From the IMG/VR virus record IMGVR_UViG_3300019479_000003: 64,000 bases of DNA. One strand, 5' to 3'. The notes under the pieces are model-generated. The model had not been told where the DNA came from, did not search any database, and saw nothing but the letters and a program-made list of their open reading frames with translations. A program made the translations under genes and the position numbers. Below are positions 34,497 through 42,763 of this stretch, piece after piece. This stretch comes from a virus. Numbering within the stretch: the stretch's first letter is position 1; the number at the start of each line of letters is the position of its first letter.

Positions 34497-35006
34497 TTGA
34501 AAAAGTTTGTAACATTATTATCCACTGTGTTTCTAGTACTGGCCTTGGCAGCATGTGGGGGAGAATCAGACACCAGCGGAAGTGAATCTAACAACAAATC
34601 ATCAGGAGAAAAACAAAAGACGGAAAAGAAGGAAGAGAAGAAAACATACGGTATTGGCGACACTGTAGAGATCGATGGGGTAAAATTCACGCTGAAGAAT
34701 GTCTCTCTGACTGATGAAAGGAACGAATTCGCAGAAACGAATCCTAAACAAGTCGTGAAAATTGAATATGAGATCGTAAATAATACAGAAGAAGAAATTG
34801 CTGTCGGAGGTGACTTACAAGTATACGACGGAACGGGAAACCAAGTGGAGTCCTATCCGCTTGACAATACGATGGGAAGCTTGCAGCCGGGAAAGAAAAT
34901 GCAATGCGTCGAACATTATGGGATTGAAAAAGGACCTATTGAAATTTATTTCCAACCTCTATTCTCTATGGAAGATCCGGCTATATTTAAAGCGGATGTT
35001 AAATAA
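34497..35006 (+). CDS. DUF4352-like lipoprotein
   Basis: Signal peptide with lipobox LAAC, Ser/Lys/Glu linker, YGIGDTVEI..Ig-like domain. Confidence 0.75.
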   Translation: MKKFVTLLSTVFLVLALAACGGESDTSGSESNNKSSGEKQKTEKKEEKKTYGIGDTVEIDGVKFTLKNVSLTDERNEFAETNPKQVVKIEYEIVNNTEEEIAVGGDLQVYDGTGNQVESYPLDNTMGSLQPGKKMQCVEHYGIEKGPIEIYFQPLFSMEDPAIFKADVK

Positions 35007-35020
35007 CAATTTACTGAAAA

Positions 35021-35047
35021 AAATGAGCCCTATTGGGCTTTTCTTTT
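35021..35047 (+). terminator. Terminator after the lipoprotein gene
   Basis: AGCCC-TATT-GGGCT-TTTCTTTT. Confidence 0.6.
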
Positions 35048-35092
35048 AATCCAAAAACAGAACATACATTCTATAAAATGGGGGATAAAAAA

Positions 35093-36370
35093 ATGGCAAG
35101 GGGATATTGCCGACAACGAGGAAAAGACAAATGGCAACTGGAGGTGGACCTTGGATACTACATTGATCCGAAAACGGGAAAAAAGAAACGGCATAAGAAA
35201 TACAAAACCATCACGGCTACCGGACAAAGACAAGCAGAACTAGAGCTAGCTCGCTTTGTTGCAGAGGTGACCGGTGGAAGCTATTTTGAACCTGAAAGAG
35301 TAAATTTTGTAGAATTTGTGCAGAATGAATGGATCCCGAAATGTGCGAAAAAGAGGTTGGCCCCGACTACCTATGATCGATATCTCGAATGTGTGAACAA
35401 CCGGATCCTGCCAGCATTTCAATACCTTCGCATGGACCAAATCAAACCAAAACATATTATTGATTTTCTGCATAATCTCGAAGAAGAAGGAATGAGGCTC
35501 GACGGAAAGAAAGGAAAATTGTCTCGATCGCGAATTTACTACCATTATCGGGTCTTAAATAATATATTTAACTTCGCGGTAGAACTCCAGATTCTTCAAG
35601 AAAACCCTGTCAAAAAGATCGAAAAGCCAAAGGTCGAATATAAAGAACCCGAAATTTATACAGATGAAGAGGTTGCTCACCTGCTGGAATGTTTGGAGAA
35701 AGAAACGGATGTTCCGCATTGGCAAATTATCATCAAATTAGCGATCATTACTGGCATGCGCCGTTCGGAACTCTGCGGACTGGAATTTAAACACTTTGAT
35801 TACGAAAAAGGTATCGTCCGCGTCCGACAAGCCCTCACCTATACCAAAACTAACGGATACGAAATCCACGAGATCAGGAAGGGAAACCGGATGGCCAGGC
35901 AAAGAGAGATCCATATCCCACTCTCTCTTGCTGCAGAAGTCGAAAAGCTGTATGCCCAGAGGGAACAGGAACGGTTCGCCATAGGGAAGGAAAAACTTTG
36001 GGAAAAAGGAAAATATAATTTCATCCTGGCACACGAGGATGGAAGACCATATCATCCCCGAACAGTTCAAAGGTGGTGGGAAAGGTTCTTAAAACGTCAT
36101 AATCTAAAATACATTAATATTCATGCTCTTCGGCATACGTCGGCAACATTGCTACTAAACCAGGGCGTTCATGCTAAAATCATATCCGAACGTCTAGGAC
36201 ATTCTAGCACTACAGTCACGATGGGAATTTACGGCCATGCTATCCAAGAGGCTGATAAACTGGCCACAGAAAAACTGGAAAGCGTGATAAATAGATCAAC
36301 AAAAATCAATATGAACCATCAAAACACATCGAATTTCATGATTTTGTCGGCAAAATGTCGGCAAAAATGA
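35093..36370 (+). CDS. int: Tyrosine integrase
   Basis: TGMRRSEL, HALRH, RLGHS, IYGH catalytic motifs; adjacent to attP. Confidence 0.95.
   Translation: MARGYCRQRGKDKWQLEVDLGYYIDPKTGKKKRHKKYKTITATGQRQAELELARFVAEVTGGSYFEPERVNFVEFVQNEWIPKCAKKRLAPTTYDRYLECVNNRILPAFQYLRMDQIKPKHIIDFLHNLEEEGMRLDGKKGKLSRSRIYYHYRVLNNIFNFAVELQILQENPVKKIEKPKVEYKEPEIYTDEEVAHLLECLEKETDVPHWQIIIKLAIITGMRRSELCGLEFKHFDYEKGIVRVRQALTYTKTNGYEIHEIRKGNRMARQREIHIPLSLAAEVEKLYAQREQERFAIGKEKLWEKGKYNFILAHEDGRPYHPRTVQRWWERFLKRHNLKYINIHALRHTSATLLLNQGVHAKIISERLGHSSTTVTMGIYGHAIQEADKLATEKLESVINRSTKINMNHQNTSNFMILSAKCRQK
36345..36366 (+). repeat. Integrase arm-type repeats (2x TGTCGGCAAAA)
   Basis: Tandem 11-mers, also present on the other side of the core. 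Confidence 0.7.
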
Positions 36371-36380
36371 CACAGAGAAA

Positions 36381-36414
36381 GAAAGACGCGATTCTTGGAT
36401 CACCAAGAACCGCG
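36381..36414 (-). terminator. Hairpin/terminator downstream of the tRNA core
   Basis: GACGCGGTTCTTGG-TGAT-CCAAGAATCGCGTC-TTTCTTT on the minus strand. Confidence 0.65.
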
Positions 36415-36435
36415 TCATATCAAGGATTTTGATAG

Positions 36436-36482
36436 TGATTCCGACTGGGCTCGAACCAGCGACCCCCACCCTGTCAAGGTGG
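36436..36482 (-). other. attP: attP core = 3' half of tRNA-Val(GAC)
   Basis: CCACCTTGACAGGGTGG anticodon arm, GCTGGTTCGAGCCCAGT T-arm, CGGAATCA acceptor strand; no D-arm or 5' half. Confidence 0.9.
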
Positions 36483-36584
36483 GGTGGTAGGTGAAATCGG
36501 GAATTAGTTTATTTTAAAATATGTGATTTTACAACATTCTAAAGTCATCATGAACCATAAAAAAATTAAATGAACAAAAAATTT

Positions 36585-36617
36585 GGTCGGCAGAATGTCG
36601 GCAAAATGTCGGCGAGA
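36585..36617 (+). repeat. Integrase arm-type repeats (3x ~TGTCGGCARAA)
   Basis: GGTCGGCAGAA TGTCGGCAAAA TGTCGGCGAGA. Confidence 0.7.
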
Positions 36618-36793
36618 AAATCGTTACTGCTATAAAAAATGGCACGGCTTCAACTGTTCCCCTCAATTTTCCCTAAAAAAATTAAAAAATTGGGTTGATT
36701 TCAGGCCGCAATTTTAAAAATTTTCGATTTGAAATACAATTTTTGCTTCTGTTATTTTATTCATGGGTAATGATTAGAACTAGGGGGTTTTTG

Positions 36794-36818
36794 GCACGGC
36801 TCCGGCCGTGCTGTTTTT
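36794..36818. terminator. Hairpin after the YolD-like gene
   Basis: GCACGGC-TCCG-GCCGTGC flanked by T tracts. Confidence 0.55.
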
Positions 36819-36965
36819 TTATTCCTCAATCTGCACGTCAATTATATCCTCAAATTTAACCCGCTTCACCCTCCCCACTTCGTCCCTGATCCGGATTTCT
36901 TTTGTGATCGGATCCAGGCGGTGTATGTATCCGCCAATCTCTTCAGTGAACCCTTCCAAGCTCAT
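36819..36965 (-). CDS. Short YolD-like protein (48 aa); its 5' part is also at 1-64
   Basis: Hand-translated MSLEGFTEEIGGYIHRLDPITKEIRIRDEVGRVKRVKFEDIIDVQIEE; SD GGAGGG; SOS box upstream. Confidence 0.6.
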   Translation of the reverse strand: MSLEGFTEEIGGYIHRLDPITKEIRIRDEVGRVKRVKFEDIIDVQIEE

Positions 36966-37209
36966 GGTTTCCCTCCGAATCGAACGTTTGTTCTTATTAT
37001 ATCGTATTACCGCTGAAAAAATCTCAAAAAATTTTTCGAAAATGTATTGACATGTAATTACATGTAATGCTACAATGAAGACGAAGATAAGGGAAGGGAA
37101 AAAGGAGGAGGGAAAATGAAAAGATGAAAGAGCCGCCCAAACGGACGACTCTTCCCCACTCTAAAATGTTCGGTTTGTTTAATTATAACACAATGAAGGG
37201 GAGAGTCAA

Positions 37210-37641
37210 ATGAGCAAAAAGCCAAGACAATTCAGAATCGATGCTGATCTATTAGAAAGATTTGACCGGGTCAATGAAAGGCTATACGTAAATGGAAGCG
37301 AAGTCGTTCGCCGCCTAATTAAAGAGTACGTCGAAGAAAAAGAAAAAGAATTAGGATGGGGTGGTAACATGAACAAAAAAGAGCGCGTGAAAAAGGCATT
37401 CCTCGAAGTCCACGGCCAGGACTCTGACTGGAGCCTGGCGGCCGATAAGTTTGTATCATGGATTGTATCGAAAGACTTCCAGTCCGAATCCTTCGAGAAT
37501 TTTGTCGAATGGATTTCGGAGGATCAAATCGAAAATACATGGGATTTCTTCTACGGTTATGGCAGCGATTTTGAAAGATTCGCTGCCGATTGGGTGGCCG
37601 AAGAAGAGCGGGAAGAATATCTAGCATTTTGCCGGGAGTGA
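37210..37641 (+). CDS. RHH-acidic domain fusion (copy 2)
   Basis: Identical to 309-740. Confidence 0.75.
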   Translation: MSKKPRQFRIDADLLERFDRVNERLYVNGSEVVRRLIKEYVEEKEKELGWGGNMNKKERVKKAFLEVHGQDSDWSLAADKFVSWIVSKDFQSESFENFVEWISEDQIENTWDFFYGYGSDFERFAADWVAEEEREEYLAFCRE

Positions 37642-37697
37642 AAACGGCCTCCCCGCAGCCGGAATGCGGGGGAGAATTAAAAAAGGAGGGACTAAAA

Positions 37698-38237
37698 ATG
37701 GCACTACAAAAAATCTTTTTGGCAGATCCGATTCCGGATTGGGAAAGAGTTGGAAACTCGATGTCTACGTTCTACCGTTTTGATGGCTCGACACTCACGA
37801 TCCGCTGGAAGGGTCGTGAGAAGTCAATGCCGGCACGGGCCGGCGATGGCATCTACGTCAATTGCCATGGAGGGTTCCCATCCTTTGGCAAGATAAAGAT
37901 GCCGAAAAATCGGGGTGAAAAAGTTTTGTGGCTCCTCGGTTTTCCGAAGGAGCTACGAAAACAGACGCCCGAGGGTGTCGAAGCGGAAATAAAAGAGCTA
38001 GAAAATTACGCCGAACGAAACGACATGGAATTTGGAACTCACGTGCGAATATGGGAAACATATTCGCGCGGTAAATTCTTCCTGGTATATCACGAAATTT
38101 TCGAAATCCGGCGAGGATGGCTCGCCGGTTGGGTAAACGATAATATTACGAATGAAGACATCCGTGAACTCTTCAAAAAACACTCGCCAGTTTATCCAGT
38201 CTGGTGGGTAGAAAAATGTCTCTTTGTAAATAAATAA
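37698..38237 (+). CDS. Hypothetical protein (copy 2)
   Basis: Identical to 797-1336. Confidence 0.8.
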   Translation: MALQKIFLADPIPDWERVGNSMSTFYRFDGSTLTIRWKGREKSMPARAGDGIYVNCHGGFPSFGKIKMPKNRGEKVLWLLGFPKELRKQTPEGVEAEIKELENYAERNDMEFGTHVRIWETYSRGKFFLVYHEIFEIRRGWLAGWVNDNITNEDIRELFKKHSPVYPVWWVEKCLFVNK

Positions 38238-38285
38238 GAGGGGACCCCACTCCCCTCTCATCAAAAAGATTAAGGAGGAATTCAT

Positions 38286-38876
38286 ATGATTAATAATATC
38301 AATTTAGTAGAAAAAATCAATTTTGATGAGATTTGGGATTATTTCGATATTCATTATATGCGTCCAGAAGGTTTAAATAACAAAAAGCCGATAAAGGTGA
38401 CTTTGAAAAATCATCTTCCGCGGCTGTATCCCTACAAAGGGGAAACCTATTTACTCCCAGAATTTGTAGAGGGTTATATCGCCGCCAAGGGATACTTCGA
38501 TAACATGATCGAAGGTATCCCTGGAAGATACGGGCAAACACCTTTGCCCGACGGGGATTACGGCGAACCCGTCTTTATAGACGGGTACGCCAATTCGAAT
38601 AACGGGATGAGAATCGAATTCATCCCTAATAAGGCTGACGATTTAAAAATCTTATTCATCAACGGGAAAATGTTGGCAGCTCCGACAAATGTGATCGAAA
38701 AATGGGAAATAATAAAATCTTTATTTGAAAGGAGAAAATTCGTAGAAAACGGATACCTAACCTTGAAGAACGGGGATCCCGTTGACTTTAATGATTTCGT
38801 GCGTATTGTTTTGGAAGCTCTTCCTGACAGTTGGGGAATTGACGAGTGGAGAGTTAGGAAATTGTTGGAAGAATAA
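38286..38876 (+). CDS. Hypothetical protein (copy 2)
   Basis: Identical to 1385-1975. Confidence 0.8.
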   Translation: MINNINLVEKINFDEIWDYFDIHYMRPEGLNNKKPIKVTLKNHLPRLYPYKGETYLLPEFVEGYIAAKGYFDNMIEGIPGRYGQTPLPDGDYGEPVFIDGYANSNNGMRIEFIPNKADDLKILFINGKMLAAPTNVIEKWEIIKSLFERRKFVENGYLTLKNGDPVDFNDFVRIVLEALPDSWGIDEWRVRKLLEE

Positions 38877-38931
38877 GAGGGCCCGCTGCCCTCTCTAAAT
38901 AAAAAAAAGAGGGGATTCGCTCCCCTCTTTT

Positions 38932-39630
38932 TCATTGCGTAATAAACGCCGGATACCCTTTTTTCTTCAATTCCTCCACAAGTCTTTCCGCGTTTTCTCT
39001 CTCTTTGAAAGCCCCTACCTGGACACGCCAGAGTTTATCGCCACCTTTTGGCGCAGGCTTCGGCGCGGGTTTCGGTTCTGCTTTTTTCTTCAGCCCGAAC
39101 ACCTTCACCAGACCGTTCACATGCCCCTGTGCAATCCGATCAAGCCAAGCATCTTGTTTGAGTTTTGCAGCATCCGCCGAATTGTCGATGAACAGGTTTT
39201 CCGTGAGCATGGCGGCCATTTTGGATTCGCGGACCATGTGGAAATTCGCCTGTTTCTTCCCCCTGTCCCGGACGCCGGCGATCTGTTTCATGATCTCATC
39301 ATGGATGATACCCCGTTTCCGGTCGGTTTCGGCTTTACCGCTGTACGAACCGTTGTAGATGTACGACTCGAACCCGGTCCCACCTCCCGCGTTTATATGA
39401 ACGGAAATGAGGTAGTCTGCGCCCCAGGCATTGGCCATGTCGGTACGCTGTTTGAGAGAAAGGGTTTGGTCGCTTTCGCGGCTGAGTTTGACTTGAACGT
39501 TTTGGTATTGTAGTAGTTTGTCGCGGATTTTCTTGGCAATGTTTAACGTCAAATCTTTTTCTTTCAGACCGTTTGCGCACGCGCCCGGATCCGAGCCGCC
39601 ATGGCCCGCGTCGATGAAAATTTTTACCAT
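38932..39630 (-). CDS. Amidase_3-SPOR endolysin (copy 2)
   Basis: Identical to 2031-2729. Confidence 0.95.
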   Translation of the reverse strand: MVKIFIDAGHGGSDPGACANGLKEKDLTLNIAKKIRDKLLQYQNVQVKLSRESDQTLSLKQRTDMANAWGADYLISVHINAGGGTGFESYIYNGSYSGKAETDRKRGIIHDEIMKQIAGVRDRGKKQANFHMVRESKMAAMLTENLFIDNSADAAKLKQDAWLDRIAQGHVNGLVKVFGLKKKAEPKPAPKPAPKGGDKLWRVQVGAFKERENAERLVEELKKKGYPAFITQ

Positions 39631-39875
39631 TATTCATCATCTCCCTTGGTAATAATCTTGGACTGATCAAAAAGCCCAGCGGCCGATAACCCGATTACCA
39701 CGCCATAAAAGACCTTTTCTTTCAATTCCCCGTCCAGATAAATAATCCCGGCAACTAAACCGAACACCAGGGATACCAGCGGCAAGAATTTCGCCGGTAC
39801 GACAGCAATTCTCTTCACCAGTTCCACCAAAGCCACCACAACCGCGATGATCAGCGCAATATCGAACATTTTCAT
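39630..39875 (-). CDS. Holin (copy 2)
   Basis: Identical to 2729-2974. Confidence 0.85.
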   Translation of the reverse strand: MKMFDIALIIAVVVALVELVKRIAVVPAKFLPLVSLVFGLVAGIIYLDGELKEKVFYGVVIGLSAAGLFDQSKIITKGDDE

Positions 39876-39884
39876 TCACTCCTT

Positions 39885-40160
39885 TTAAAATTGGTTCATT
39901 AGCAAAATAATTAGTGAAATCAAAGCAAAAAGCCATCCGCCCCAATTGCGGATAGCTTCAAATACAGCGTTTTTGCCTTGCGATTTTGCTTCCATTTCCT
40001 CGACTTTATCTTTCACTTTATAGAGCTCTTCCCTCAACCCGTTATACCGCCGGATAATCTCCCGGGTTTCCCGCATTTCCGCCCGCAGGCTTTGAATATC
40101 GTCTTTCATCGATAGCATTTGTTCAAACAATTCCTTGTTTGAATACCATTGTTCAGACAA
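39885..40160 (-). CDS. XhlA/BhlA-like protein (copy 2)
   Basis: Identical to 2984-3259. Confidence 0.6.
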   Translation of the reverse strand: MSEQWYSNKELFEQMLSMKDDIQSLRAEMRETREIIRRYNGLREELYKVKDKVEEMEAKSQGKNAVFEAIRNWGGWLFALISLIILLMNQF

Positions 40161-40195
40161 ATTTAATCACCCCAATCAAACTAAAAACCCCGCAA

Positions 40196-40342
40196 TCACG
40201 CGGAGCTTTCTTTCTCATTTTTCAATTCCTTTAGTTCCTTTTCATATTGCTGGACAAGGGCCGCCAGAATCGCTTTTTCTCTGCTCAATGCGGCAATCTG
40301 ATTCATTAAGTCCTGAACGACCAGGTTTACATCGACATTCAC
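40196..40342 (-). CDS. Small coiled-coil protein (copy 2)
   Basis: Identical to 3295-3441. Confidence 0.65.
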   Translation of the reverse strand: MNVDVNLVVQDLMNQIAALSREKAILAALVQQYEKELKELKNEKESSA

Positions 40343-42753
40343 GAGATTTTCGCCTCCAATTCTGCGATTTTTGCTTCAAGCGTTGCGATACGGTTTTCTT
40401 GTCTCATTTGTATCTCGTCAAGTTCCTGAATCGCCTTCCAGCTCCAAGCATTTAACAAATATTGCTCGACACCATCGCCATCTACGACACCGTCCGGTGT
40501 ATTGAACCCTTCGCCGATGACCAAGCCTTGGCGTTTCCGTTGTATTCCTTGTTCCAATTCAGACTTCAAATAGTATTCATAGATGGTCGTATTACGAATC
40601 TGTTCAAGCGCCGATTCTTCCCACGGACGGATGTCTTCTTTGTACTCCGCAAGCGAACCGGTTGGGAAAGATGATGCGCGAACGGGAACATACGTATCGG
40701 TGGTTCCTGCTTGGGTGGCACGAACTTCACCGCCGCTTTGAGGGCGTATATATATGTTAGAGAGTGACGAATTGGTCAATTCAATGGTGTGACCGTTGAA
40801 CCAGCCATGTTGGGCATTAAGTCTATTTGTATTCACATTGTTCGTTACAAACACATCAGTCGCTGACACATTCCCCGTCATACTTATCCCGTCTTTATTT
40901 ACTGTTAACGATGTCAACACTGCACCGGTTGAATAATGTTTGAATTTAATATCTAATCTTGTTGGATCAACTGTGAAATAAAAATCGGACATGGCGTCCG
41001 TAAGTGAGTCTGTGTATAAATATATCCTTGAACTATCTAAAGTTAATTGTGCAACATATTGCAAATTTCCGAACGCATACTGTTCTTCAGATATAAACTG
41101 CGATGCTGTGATCGTTCCGCCAACAACATTGATACCCTTCGCCGTCAAAATGCCATTTGTGTCGACATAAAACACATCCTGCCACGACTGCGACGTATCT
41201 TCGCGGTTTTGGATTGTGATGCCGGTTGTCGCATTCATGATTGTCTGGACAAGCCGGTCACTGCGGACCACTTTGAATCCGTCTTCCGATGTAATGCTGA
41301 CGCCGTTATAAAGCGCGCCCTTCTGCACCGAATTGTCTGCCGTCTGCTTGGCTTGATTGGCAGTTTGTTGTGCAGCTGTGATGTCATTCAATACGGTTAT
41401 AGAAGGCTTCCCGCCTACTTTTGCCGTATCTGCGGCGGTATTCTTTCCAGTTTCGTCTGCGACTAGTATCCATGCCGAACCGTCCCAACGGAAAAAGGCT
41501 CCTGACGCCGGGTTGTACCAAAGGTCGCCGACATTCATTTGTGTTGGCGGTGTTTGTCCCTCGAATGTTTGTGCTTTTTTCTCTGCTATTGTTTTCGCGG
41601 CAGTCCATGAATTCGCATTGCGATAGAGCGTTTTCTGAATCGCTTTTACCTCCGGCGGAACAACAACGGTAACTTGCCGGTAGTTCCCAAACGTGTACGA
41701 AAAGTTTCCGTTCGGGTCGTCCAATTCTGGCATTTCCGTTTCCAATACCCGAGCCTCAAGGTAAATCGGCGGGTCGAACGCTTCGTCTTTGATGCGGACA
41801 TTCATCCCGACACGGACCCGTTCATGTTCGAGCCCAATGACTTGCTCAAGCGCGGCCGCTTGGACTTCCCATTCCACCGCGCTATTTTTTCGTTTTTCCA
41901 TTTCTTTTTTCGTAGCGTCCAAAAGCTGTTGCGGTGTGACTTCCGTATCGCCCTCGGGCTGATACTCGAAAATGCCCCAGATATGGCGCCCGGCATTATT
42001 CCAACGCTGATAGGCATCTTCATCCTCAACGTAGATTTTCCCGCCGTTCACGCTAGCAAAAGTGACAATGTTCCCGTCCTCATCCGCCGGGCCAATGCCA
42101 ACGAGCCGCGTACAGATATTTTCTGAATTCTCTTTCCGCATGATCCCCGTCATGTCTTTGCCGAATACGATTTCTTTTCCGTCGAACACGTCATCCGGCT
42201 TAAGTAAATCAACAATCCGCGTGATAGAACCGTCAGGGTTGACGTTGACCCGGAAACGGATTTCAAGATCAAATTCGCTTGCGATTTTTTGCAGAGCGGC
42301 CAACGGGTTTGTGTATGTGTCGAACGTTATAGTCCGACTGCCGGAAAAGTCGATTTGGCCCGGTTGGTATCGCGTGTTTGCAAGTACAAATTGAACCGCC
42401 GTTTCCGCCGTTTGCCCAGGCAACGTTTGTGGCGGAATAGGCTCATCACTCGCAAGCTCGATATGATCACCAAGCGCCGACACAAAAAGAACTTTCCCAT
42501 TCGCATCGTGCGACATTTCGACCGTATCAATAACAAAAAGACGGTGAAAACCGTCTTGGTCTTGGGCCGTCAATTTGTTTTTGGGAATGATATGTTTCGC
42601 CGCCGGGCTGTCGGCCAGCATTCTAAACTCGAATATAAGAACGTTGTCCTCGATCGCCTCGGTCATCTTGGTGTCCCAATAGATTTTTTGGTCGGATTGG
42701 TTCACCATAACGTCGAGAATTTGTTCAGTTTGCCGATCGATGATATGAATCAT
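40339..42753 (-). CDS. Tal-like tail tip protein with S74 domain (copy 2)
   Basis: Identical to 3438-5852. Confidence 0.85.
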   Translation of the reverse strand: MIHIIDRQTEQILDVMVNQSDQKIYWDTKMTEAIEDNVLIFEFRMLADSPAAKHIIPKNKLTAQDQDGFHRLFVIDTVEMSHDANGKVLFVSALGDHIELASDEPIPPQTLPGQTAETAVQFVLANTRYQPGQIDFSGSRTITFDTYTNPLAALQKIASEFDLEIRFRVNVNPDGSITRIVDLLKPDDVFDGKEIVFGKDMTGIMRKENSENICTRLVGIGPADEDGNIVTFASVNGGKIYVEDEDAYQRWNNAGRHIWGIFEYQPEGDTEVTPQQLLDATKKEMEKRKNSAVEWEVQAAALEQVIGLEHERVRVGMNVRIKDEAFDPPIYLEARVLETEMPELDDPNGNFSYTFGNYRQVTVVVPPEVKAIQKTLYRNANSWTAAKTIAEKKAQTFEGQTPPTQMNVGDLWYNPASGAFFRWDGSAWILVADETGKNTAADTAKVGGKPSITVLNDITAAQQTANQAKQTADNSVQKGALYNGVSITSEDGFKVVRSDRLVQTIMNATTGITIQNREDTSQSWQDVFYVDTNGILTAKGINVVGGTITASQFISEEQYAFGNLQYVAQLTLDSSRIYLYTDSLTDAMSDFYFTVDPTRLDIKFKHYSTGAVLTSLTVNKDGISMTGNVSATDVFVTNNVNTNRLNAQHGWFNGHTIELTNSSLSNIYIRPQSGGEVRATQAGTTDTYVPVRASSFPTGSLAEYKEDIRPWEESALEQIRNTTIYEYYLKSELEQGIQRKRQGLVIGEGFNTPDGVVDGDGVEQYLLNAWSWKAIQELDEIQMRQENRIATLEAKIAELEAKIS

Positions 42754-42763
42754 TCGCCACACC

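Larger units (their letters stand above)
1..36901. mobile_element. One complete unit of a temperate siphophage genome (36,901 bp, circular/attP form)
   Basis: Packaging, head, tail, lysis, replication, immunity and integrase modules are all present; attP core at 36436-36482; sequence restarts at 36902. Confidence 0.95.

Noticed and set aside
33500-35100. Arbitrium (AimR/AimP) or Rap-Phr communication system
   Set aside because: No TPR receptor or small secreted peptide gene found; immunity is of the ImmR/ImmA type
36436-36482. Functional phage tRNA gene
   Set aside because: Only the 3' half is present; no D-arm or 5' acceptor strand, so it is the att core
36640-36801. TGGCACGGCT direct repeat flanking an AT-rich spacer
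   Set aside because: Only 10 bp with no associated function; one copy is simply part of the terminator stem
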